Shown: positions 7,885-14,819 of the stretch, one piece after another
Layout: the number at the start of each line of letters is the position of its first letter
Numbering within the stretch: position 1 is the first letter of the stretch
From: Candidatus Odinarchaeia archaeon
GTDB lineage: Archaea; Asgardarchaeota; Odinarchaeia; Odinarchaeales; Odinarchaeaceae
Assembly: GCA_029856525.1 (NCBI GenBank)
Contig: JAHQXC010000030.1
Location: 1 to 14,819 of the forward strand
DNA: 14,819 nt
Direction of reading: 5' to 3'
The notes under the pieces: model-generated
Seen by the model: the letters and a program-made list of their open reading frames with translations, nothing else
What the model was told of the DNA's origin: nothing
Database searches by the model: none
Made by a program: the position numbers and the translations under genes

Positions 7885-8006
7885 TTCAAATTCCTAGTTC
7901 AGCGGTTACCTTAATAGAATTATTGAAATTCTAGTATTTAAAAATCAATAAAATAGTTTTATATTTGATTTTATTCACATTTTTTAAAGCTGAGATGGTG
8001 TGCTCT

Positions 8007-9092
8007 ATGAATGTTAAAGATAAAATAGAATTGATAACTCGTCCCCCAGTTGAAGAAGTAATCACAATGGATGAGTTAACAGCTCTTTTAGAGGAGAAGA
8101 GAACGCCTGTTGCTTACGACGGTTTTGAGCCTTCAGGTTTAGCTCACATCGCCTCAGGGTTAATGAGAGCTTTAAAGATAGCTGACTTATTAGAGGCTGG
8201 TGTGAAATTTAAACTTTTAATCGCCGACTGGCATGCTTGGATAAATGAGAAGATGGGCGGTGATTTAAATTTAATTCAGGATGTTGGTCATTATATTATT
8301 AAAGTCTGGGAGTCGCTTGGAGTTGACACCTCGAAAGTAGAGGTTGTGTGGGCTAGCGATCTGGTTAAAGACCGAGAGTATTGGAGGAAAGTGGTTTTAG
8401 TGATGAAGCATACCACTCTTAAAAGAATGACTAGAGCGTTAACGATAATGGGTCGAACTGAAGGTGAACTACAGTCTTCCGCTCAATTCCTTTACCCTGC
8501 GATGCAGGTCTCGGATATTTTTCAATTAGACGTTGACATTTGCCAGCTTGGGATAGATCAAAGGAAGGCTAATATGCTAGCGCGCGAGATCGCTGAAAGA
8601 CTCGGCTGGCGTAAACCTGTATGTGTTCACCATCATATGTTAATGGGTTTAAAGGGTCCTACAAAGATGGGTGGATTTGATGAAGAAGAGAGGCTGAATC
8701 TTCAAATAGCGTCTAAGATGAGTAAAAGCCATCCTGAAACTTGTATCTACGTTCACGATCCGCCGGAAATTATACTGAGTAAATTATTGGGCGCGTACTG
8801 TCCTGAAAGAGAAGTGGAGTTAAACCCTGTTTTAGATATAGCTAAAAATATAATATTTAGGGGTCAAAGAATGAGATTTCTAATAGAGAGGCCTTCGAAA
8901 TTCGGTGGTGATATAGAGGTCTGCGACTACGGTGAATTAGAGAAACTATACGCGGAGGGGCGTCTTCACCCTCTAGATCTTAAGAAGGCTACCGCTAAAT
9001 ATCTTAGCGATATGCTTAAACCCTGCAGAGAGTATTTTGACAAGCATCCGGAGTACTTGGAGCGTGTAAAAGCTGTGAGCGCTAAATCCTAG
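8007..9092 (+). CDS. tyrS: Tyrosine--tRNA ligase (archaeal/eukaryotic type)
   Basis: Motifs AYDGFEPSG.AHIASG, ADWHA, YPAMQVSDIF, GIDQRKANMLARE, KMSKS and LHPLDLK. Likely start is ATG 8007, downstream of a GATGGTG RBS. Confidence 0.96.
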   Translation: MNVKDKIELITRPPVEEVITMDELTALLEEKRTPVAYDGFEPSGLAHIASGLMRALKIADLLEAGVKFKLLIADWHAWINEKMGGDLNLIQDVGHYIIKVWESLGVDTSKVEVVWASDLVKDREYWRKVVLVMKHTTLKRMTRALTIMGRTEGELQSSAQFLYPAMQVSDIFQLDVDICQLGIDQRKANMLAREIAERLGWRKPVCVHHHMLMGLKGPTKMGGFDEEERLNLQIASKMSKSHPETCIYVHDPPEIILSKLLGAYCPEREVELNPVLDIAKNIIFRGQRMRFLIERPSKFGGDIEVCDYGELEKLYAEGRLHPLDLKKATAKYLSDMLKPCREYFDKHPEYLERVKAVSAKS

Positions 9093-10266
9093 TAACCTCT
9101 CCGTTATCGATTAAAACACTCACAGGCTCACCGGTTTCGAAGCGCAGTGAAAAAGTGTTACAATACGCTCCCGTGTTAATTATACCGATATAGTCCCCGA
9201 TAGATATTCGTTCAGGTAGACAGTAGCTTCGATTTAAAACGTCGAATGAGGCTGGTAGAGGCCCGCCTATCGAGTACTCCTTAGAGTAGTGATCTAACAG
9301 TCTGTTAGCTACTATAAACCTATGGTGGGCTCTGCTTAAAGGCGATATTATATTCGAACCGGCATCTACTATTATCCAGTTTCTGCCACCTATTCTTTTA
9401 ATATTTAACACTTTAGTTAATAGAATAGCAGCGTCACCGATTATGAAACGCCCAGGCTCAAAGTAAATCTCACAGTTTAATGATAAATTTTCCAGTTTCT
9501 CTTTTATCCTACTCCCTATCTCATTTATTTTTTTACCTATAATAGCTGCTTCAGGTAATCCGCCGCCTAGATCGAAAACACTTATTTCACAGCCGGTTTT
9601 ATCTCTTATCAGATTTGAAAGCGCACTCATATGTGTAAGTGTTTCCGTATAATGGTTTAAATTAAAATCCTGTGTTCTTAAATGGCGGTGAAGCGCTGAA
9701 AGTCTAATATAATTTAATTTTTTAACATATTCTTCAAGTATAGCGGTTTCTGCTTCATCTAAAAAAACTCCTATTTTAGAATGTGAACCGGGATTTAATG
9801 TTAAACCGACTTTTTGTATAACCCGCAGCTCTCTAGCGACGCTATTAATGGTTTTAAGTTCTTCTAAACTATCCGCGTTTATCAGATTCACACCATACTC
9901 AACAGCTTTTCTAATCGCATGTAAAGGTTTATGAGGACCGTTAAAAATAATCATATCCGGGTTAACGTTATTCAAAGCTATCTCTAGTTCAGTGTCTGAG
10001 CTAACTTCAGCTCCAATTCCATTTTCATGTATTATACTGCATATCTTAGAATTCGGATTCGCTTTATAAGAATAAAAAATCCTGTTTTTAAAATATCCTT
10101 CAAATATTCTTCGAAGTGTTATACAATTCTCTTTTATTCGCTTAGTAGAATAAACATAGACGGGTGTTCCAAACTCTTCTACAATATCTTTAAAACAGAT
10201 GTTTTCAATTAGAAGGCAGCCTTCACCGTCTGATTTAAAATGCGGATACTGTGTTAAATTGAACAT
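9082..10266 (-). CDS. Fold-type III PLP-dependent decarboxylase homologue (DAP/Orn/Arg decarboxylase family), atypical active site
   Basis: Motifs FGTPVYVYS, YSYKAN (PLP Lys68), FNGPHK, DLGGG, FEPGRF, VDAG and NTGAY. The canonical GP.C..D motif reads GPLPASFD and H.GSQ reads HLRTQ, so lysA is not assigned. Confidence 0.8.
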   Translation of the reverse strand: MFNLTQYPHFKSDGEGCLLIENICFKDIVEEFGTPVYVYSTKRIKENCITLRRIFEGYFKNRIFYSYKANPNSKICSIIHENGIGAEVSSDTELEIALNNVNPDMIIFNGPHKPLHAIRKAVEYGVNLINADSLEELKTINSVARELRVIQKVGLTLNPGSHSKIGVFLDEAETAILEEYVKKLNYIRLSALHRHLRTQDFNLNHYTETLTHMSALSNLIRDKTGCEISVFDLGGGLPEAAIIGKKINEIGSRIKEKLENLSLNCEIYFEPGRFIIGDAAILLTKVLNIKRIGGRNWIIVDAGSNIISPLSRAHHRFIVANRLLDHYSKEYSIGGPLPASFDVLNRSYCLPERISIGDYIGIINTGAYCNTFSLRFETGEPVSVLIDNGEVTRI

Positions 10267-10267
10267 T

Positions 10268-11110
10268 TTAATCTACCTGGATGTCTAATCTTACATGCTC
10301 TTTACGCGGAGCGAATGATTTAATTCTCTTACACCCGAGTAATTTCACATCTGTTTCTGGTAGATCGGCGGCGATTAGAAACTCTTTTAAAAGGCTTTCA
10401 CATTGGTTTCTATAGTCACATAACCCTTCGTAATGTACTACGCCCGGTCTTCGCAAAATTTTTAGAGCTGATTTCACGTAATTTTTAGGCGTAGGCAGAA
10501 GCCCCATTATCACTCTATCAGCCTTGCAGTTTAACTGATTGCAAACCACGCCGGCATCTCCATGCACCGGTTCTATTACATGCTCTACTTTATTAAGTCT
10601 TATATTTTCTAGGAGATACCGGTAGGCTACAGGGTTAAGTTCAATCGCTATTATTTTTTTAGGCTTAGCGTGAACAGCTATATTTATTGAAAAATATCCT
10701 ATTCCGGCAAACATGTCTACGACAATCTCCCCCTCTTTTACAAATTCTGCTATTCTACGCCGCTCCGTTATGTTTCCTTTAGAGAACATTATATTCATTA
10801 CATCTAGTTTAAATATGCAGTTGTTTTCAAAGTGAACTGTTTCAGTACCCCCCTCGCCTTTTATAATCTCTAAATTAGGTTTTCTAAAATCACCGGTGAT
10901 GCCGCCTTTTTTAAGCAACACCATTCTAGTGTGAGGTATCAGCTTGATAAGCTCTTCAGCTATAATTTCACGGTACTGGTTGAGTTCAGATTTAAGCGTT
11001 ATTATCATGATATCCCCTATCTTCTGGTAGCCTCTAGGCAGTAGATTAATAATATCACGGGGGATCCGCTCTGCTAACCTCTCTTTTAAAATATTGAAAA
11101 TCCGGGTCAT
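10268..11110 (-). CDS. taw2: tRNA(Phe) 4-demethylwyosine(37) aminocarboxypropyl-transferase Taw2/TYW2 (Trm5/Met10-like class I SAM enzyme)
   Basis: Motifs MFSKGNITERRRIA, VVDMFAGIGYFS, IELNPVAY.YL.ENI.LNKV, ADRVIMG and VVHYE fit Taw2 better than Trm5, but a Trm5a-type paralogue cannot be fully excluded. Confidence 0.75.
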   Translation of the reverse strand: MTRIFNILKERLAERIPRDIINLLPRGYQKIGDIMIITLKSELNQYREIIAEELIKLIPHTRMVLLKKGGITGDFRKPNLEIIKGEGGTETVHFENNCIFKLDVMNIMFSKGNITERRRIAEFVKEGEIVVDMFAGIGYFSINIAVHAKPKKIIAIELNPVAYRYLLENIRLNKVEHVIEPVHGDAGVVCNQLNCKADRVIMGLLPTPKNYVKSALKILRRPGVVHYEGLCDYRNQCESLLKEFLIAADLPETDVKLLGCKRIKSFAPRKEHVRLDIQVD

Positions 11111-11163
11111 AGACTCTGAGCTCCAGCTCTCTGAAATCTATTGAACAAGTATAGAAGTTGAAT

Positions 11164-11441
11164 GGGCGCGTCATGTCCCCCGCCATTAACGCTTAGCATC
11201 ATAGACGGGGTTTTGCGCCCCCCTCAGCTAAGTTCTCTATGCCGGGGTTTCACTGACGCGTTGGGTTGATGTACCGCATCTGGGTTAACCCCGCCTCATC
11301 TACTAGGTGAACCACCTTAATCGGCTAAGGGCCTATCATTGCGTTTACTCAACCCTCAGCTCCAGTGTTGCCTTTCTCTTGCTCTAGGCTTCATATTTAC
11401 CTCCGCCAGCCCTCGAAGAAAGGCTAGTCTATCATCGCTAA
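11164..11441 (-). ncRNA. Candidate structured non-coding RNA of unassigned family (~280 nt)
   Basis: No ORF over ~35 aa on either strand. About 53% GC by hand count (148/280 over 11161-11440), against very AT-rich intergenic DNA elsewhere. Many helices close with G-U pairs on the minus strand but would be A-C mismatches on the plus strand. A TATA-like TTTAAAAA lies ~25 nt upstream. Confidence 0.62.
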
Positions 11442-11455
11442 ATCTAGTTTAACTT

Positions 11456-11471
11456 TTTTTAAATAAAAAAA
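11456..11471 (-). promoter_or_regulatory. Oligo-T terminator of pheST overlapping a TATA-like box for the downstream RNA
   Basis: The minus strand reads TTTTTTT (11471-11465), 14 nt after the pheT stop, then A-TTTAAAAA (11463-11456). Confidence 0.45.
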
Positions 11472-11485
11472 TTATGTTTCATCTT

Positions 11486-13195
11486 TTAGGCATTGGTATC
11501 CTGTTGCAGTTTGCTTGAATCCGGTTTAAGAGCCGCTTCTAAACTTGTTAAAGCGAATTCAGCTGCGCATACAGGGTATTCTATTTCAAAATTATTTAAA
11601 ACCTGAGGGTGTATTTCTCCAATCCATCCTATTTCCACACTATTACACGTTAATGCAGCCCCTCTCCCTTCTAGTATAAATGGTTTTTTAAAATAATTGT
11701 AAACGATATTTCTTAAGCCTAATTCTCTTATGAATGCTTCTGTTAACTCTTTTATCAGCGTGTAGTTCGCTGAGTCGTCCATTACTGCAAAAGCAACGTT
11801 TACCTCTCTTCTAGTCTTGGTTTCCAGGTTAGACTCGTCTATTTTAAGTACATCCCCTATCTCGAATATTCGCTGAGGTAGCTGTGCATGTCTGTTTATA
11901 CTGAACACTTTTAGTAAACTCGGTAGAATATTTATTCTAAAAATCGTGTATTCGCTGCTCACAGGGTTTAATAATTGAACATGCTCCTCTTCTAAGAGCA
12001 TTTTCCTAAAGTGGTCTTCTTCATTTGTAAGAGAGGAGGTTACAACCTCTAATAATTGTAATCCTACCAGTATTCTCTTTAATTGGGTTATAAGCTTATT
12101 TTTACTAGAGTAGGATCCTGTTGTAGGCGCGTGCCTGTACAGTGGTTTAATTTCATCGTATCCGTATCCTACAGCTAACTCTTCCACTAAATCTATTTCA
12201 TGAAGAATGTCGAATCTATATGGGGGAATGTATATTTTGAATTTTTCCTCGCTTTCAGATACTTTTTCAGCTTTAAATCTAACCCTGCTGAAACACTCCA
12301 CTATTTCTTTATCTGAGAGATTTAAACCGAGTATTCTAACAGCCTCCCTCTTGTTAAGCGTCATGATTTCAGGTTCAAGTGTGGGTGTAGTCAATGTTTT
12401 ATCCGGATATTTAACGTTAACAGTCTCCAATCTCGCACCCGAATCATAAAGAGCGGTGCTTAGAATGTTAAGCGCCATTAAAATATTCGACATACTGTAA
12501 CCTGTTATATCTAGAAATATGTTTTCAGTCTCCTCTGTTACCTGGGTTAACACACCGTTTATGATAGGTGGAAATGATAAAACTTTTCCCTCTCTGTCTA
12601 TTATTAAAGGATATCTGTCATATTTATTGACTAGGTGAGCGTATTCTACTCCTTTAGGATGTTTTTCAAGTATTTCTTTAAGATTCATTTCAACACGCTC
12701 ACCTAACGGTATGAATTTCACATCTTCCGGTCTAACACCTAAATATTTGAATGGAGGTGTGACCTTATCTAAGTCGTGTACCCCAATAGCTGCTTTAAAA
12801 CGGTCTCTTCCAACTAATCTATGCAGGTCTTCTTGGATTTTCATCAATCTCTGGATTTTCTTGTAATCTAAAACTACATTTCTAGCTATTCCACAGACTA
12901 TGAGAGGCCTTATCTCAGACACACTTTTATCGACAGTTAACGTCACCGACCCTTTCTCTATTTTAAACTCAGGTAGCCCTTTCTCTAACCCTAGTCTACC
13001 TTTAAGCTGTCTTACAACTCCCTCAATTGTACAGTAATCCGGTCTATTCGGATTATACTCTGCTTTTATAACACCGTTTTCCACGCTCTCCACTGAGATA
13101 GCTATTTGACTTAAATTTTTTTTCAAATCATCTATTGAAAGATTTAATCCTATTAAACGGTTTAACTCTTCGATTTCCAAGTCTATCGAGGGCAT
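11486..13195 (-). CDS. pheT: Phenylalanine--tRNA ligase beta subunit (archaeal type)
   Basis: Motifs NPNRPD, QEDLH..VGRDR.K.AIGVHD, LSFPPIING, PPYRFDILHEIDLVEE.A..YGY and IGEIHPQVL.NF. Confidence 0.97.
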   Translation of the reverse strand: MPSIDLEIEELNRLIGLNLSIDDLKKNLSQIAISVESVENGVIKAEYNPNRPDYCTIEGVVRQLKGRLGLEKGLPEFKIEKGSVTLTVDKSVSEIRPLIVCGIARNVVLDYKKIQRLMKIQEDLHRLVGRDRFKAAIGVHDLDKVTPPFKYLGVRPEDVKFIPLGERVEMNLKEILEKHPKGVEYAHLVNKYDRYPLIIDREGKVLSFPPIINGVLTQVTEETENIFLDITGYSMSNILMALNILSTALYDSGARLETVNVKYPDKTLTTPTLEPEIMTLNKREAVRILGLNLSDKEIVECFSRVRFKAEKVSESEEKFKIYIPPYRFDILHEIDLVEELAVGYGYDEIKPLYRHAPTTGSYSSKNKLITQLKRILVGLQLLEVVTSSLTNEEDHFRKMLLEEEHVQLLNPVSSEYTIFRINILPSLLKVFSINRHAQLPQRIFEIGDVLKIDESNLETKTRREVNVAFAVMDDSANYTLIKELTEAFIRELGLRNIVYNYFKKPFILEGRGAALTCNSVEIGWIGEIHPQVLNNFEIEYPVCAAEFALTSLEAALKPDSSKLQQDTNA

Positions 13196-13196
13196 T

Positions 13197-14747
13197 TTAA
13201 ATCTCCTTCTTTATAATACTCGGCATGCTTCTTAACCAGTTTATATCATTCCGATATAATACTCGAACATCAGTGAGCTCTAATCTCAGCATAGCTAAGC
13301 GCTCGAACCCCATCCCCCATGCTAGAACAGGTGTTTTAACCCCTAGTGGAGCGGTTACCTCCGGTCTGAAGACCCCGGCTCCAACCATCTCTATCCACTG
13401 ATTCAATTTATCCGAGTATAAGTCTACTTCTATACTCGGTTCTGTGAAAGGGAAGTAGCCTGGTCTAAATCTGATTTTATTAAAACCCAGCCGCTTGTAA
13501 AATTCTTGTAAAAACCCGAATAGTTCTCTTAAAGATGCATTTTCATCGATGATTATCCCCTCGATTTGCATAAATTCTGCAAGATGCCGGTAGTCTGTTC
13601 TCTCATTCCTATAAACCCGGTCTATGCAAAATACTTTTCTAGGAGGCTCAGGATGCTTAGCCGCGTATCTGATAGTGGCTGCTGTTGTATGTGTTCTAAG
13701 AATAAGCTTCTCAGCTTCGCTTTGATTCCAAGTATAACCCCAGCCTTTAGAGCCTGTTACCCAACCGTTTTCATGAACCGCTTTAACCTTAGCGACGATT
13801 TCATCATCTTTAAGAACACCTCTACCAGGTTTCTTAAGATAAAATGTATCCCAAGCATCCCTCGCAGGATGGTCTTGAGGAACAAATAAGACATCGAAAT
13901 TCCAGAACGTGTTCTCTACTAGGGGGCTCTCTATCTCCTCGAAACCGAATTCTAGAAATATCTCTCTTATTTCATCTATAAGAAGCGTGATCGGATGAAG
14001 TTTACCAGGGTAAACTTTGCTGACAGGAGATTCTAAATCAAATTTTTTAAATGTTACCTGCCTCCAACCTCCTGATTTAATAAGTTCAGGTGTTAGCTGG
14101 GTTACTTCACGTTTAATTTCAACTTCTTTAAGTAAGGTTTCCGCGCCTAACTTTGTTATTTTCAGATACCTGTAGGTTACAGGCGTGATTTCAACAAATT
14201 CTCTTCTCCGCTTTAACTCTTCTAATGCTTTTCTAAACTCACTGTTTAACTGCTCGTATGATACCTCCCCTCTCTCTCTTATATATTTTAAAAGCACTTC
14301 ATCAGCGCTCTTCTCAGGAATTCTCTCAACATATAATATTAAACTACTATTTTTCTTAACGACTTTAACCCAGTTTTTAGCGCGGAGCCATCCTAATATA
14401 ATTTTAAGGTCGTCTTGGTTAACTGAAAGCAAATTCTGTAAACTCGTTAAGTCCGCTGAGCCGCCTAGACTATGTATTTTTTCAACTGCGATCCTCTCAG
14501 GTAACCCTTCATCAGCCGCCTTCAACCCTGCTGGTAGCAGCCTTATAATTTTTTGTGTAGATGATTCAATTTCTAGGAATCCTTTACCAGCTAATTCTTG
14601 CGCTACTCGAAGAATCTCAACATAGCTTTTCTTAAGCTCTCCAGCTATAATTCTTAACTCACATCCCCCGCCACGCTCCTTTAATAATCTTAGTAATTCG
14701 AACTCAAGCTGAGTTAAACGAATTTTATCATCCGGCAATTCAACCAC
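13197..14747 (-). CDS. pheS: Phenylalanine--tRNA ligase alpha subunit (archaeal/eukaryotic type with N-terminal winged helices)
   Basis: Motifs GKLHP, WNFDVLFVPQDHPARD..DTF, LRTHTT, RVYRNE...HLAEFMQIEG, YFPFTEPS and AWGMGFERLAM. GTG start. Confidence 0.97.
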   Translation of the reverse strand: MVELPDDKIRLTQLEFELLRLLKERGGGCELRIIAGELKKSYVEILRVAQELAGKGFLEIESSTQKIIRLLPAGLKAADEGLPERIAVEKIHSLGGSADLTSLQNLLSVNQDDLKIILGWLRAKNWVKVVKKNSSLILYVERIPEKSADEVLLKYIRERGEVSYEQLNSEFRKALEELKRRREFVEITPVTYRYLKITKLGAETLLKEVEIKREVTQLTPELIKSGGWRQVTFKKFDLESPVSKVYPGKLHPITLLIDEIREIFLEFGFEEIESPLVENTFWNFDVLFVPQDHPARDAWDTFYLKKPGRGVLKDDEIVAKVKAVHENGWVTGSKGWGYTWNQSEAEKLILRTHTTAATIRYAAKHPEPPRKVFCIDRVYRNERTDYRHLAEFMQIEGIIIDENASLRELFGFLQEFYKRLGFNKIRFRPGYFPFTEPSIEVDLYSDKLNQWIEMVGAGVFRPEVTAPLGVKTPVLAWGMGFERLAMLRLELTDVRVLYRNDINWLRSMPSIIKKEI

Positions 14748-14772
14748 TTACCTATAATTTTAACCGCAACCA

Positions 14773-14780
14773 TTTAAATA
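14773..14780 (-). promoter_or_regulatory. TATA box of the pheS-pheT operon
   Basis: TATTTAAA on the minus strand ends 25 nt upstream of the pheS GTG, which suggests a leaderless or very short-leader transcript. Confidence 0.4.
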
Positions 14781-14819
14781 GTGCGCGCATTTGTTCTAGC
14801 GCGATAACTGATTAGAATA

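Noticed and set aside
11164-11441. Calling the GC-rich region RNase P RNA or SRP RNA
   Set aside because: There is no GAGGAA(A/G)NUCC (CR-I/P4 5' strand) near the 5' end on either strand, and no CAGG..GGAA..AGCA SRP helix-8 motif. Only partial resemblances exist.
11164-11441. TPP, fluoride or cobalamin riboswitch; hammerhead, twister or pistol ribozyme
   Set aside because: Short word matches (GCUGAG, GCGAUG, UGAAAC, AACACUG) lack the required partner motifs and pairings.
11191-11441. MITE with terminal inverted repeats (TTAGCATCATAGAC / GTCTATCATCGCTAA)
   Set aside because: No target-site duplication is visible, the repeat is imperfect, and internal G-U-biased helices fit an RNA better. A multicopy search would settle it.
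1-14819. CRISPR array, tRNA or rRNA genes
   Set aside because: No regularly spaced repeats, cloverleaf/T-loop signatures or rRNA-conserved tracts were seen.

Overview
Compact, AT-rich archaeal housekeeping region. Gene content and style suggest a thermophilic Asgard/TACK-like archaeon (possibly Odinarchaeia); this is inference and was not checked. Gene order: mtrH (5'-truncated) > HD hydrolase > < tfe | trm56 > < mbf1 | pan > PUA > nac > < atpD < dnaG [IS200/IS605 remnant] < small Toprim | tyrS > < DAP/Orn-decarboxylase-like < taw2 [~280-nt structured RNA candidate] < pheT < pheS. The most interesting signals lie outside the ORF track. (1) At ~7314-7498 is a ~180-bp non-autonomous IS200/IS605 element. 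It keeps a BRE/TATA promoter, the tnpB 3' tail/omegaRNA scaffold and a TTCAC right end, so it looks like a stand-alone TnpB guide-RNA cassette; it supplies the stop codon of the Toprim gene. (2) At 11164-11441 is an unassigned ~53% GC, multi-helix RNA candidate on the minus strand between pheT and taw2. (3) A fold-type III PLP decarboxylase homologue has lost its catalytic Cys and is translationally coupled to the aminocarboxypropyl-transferase taw2.
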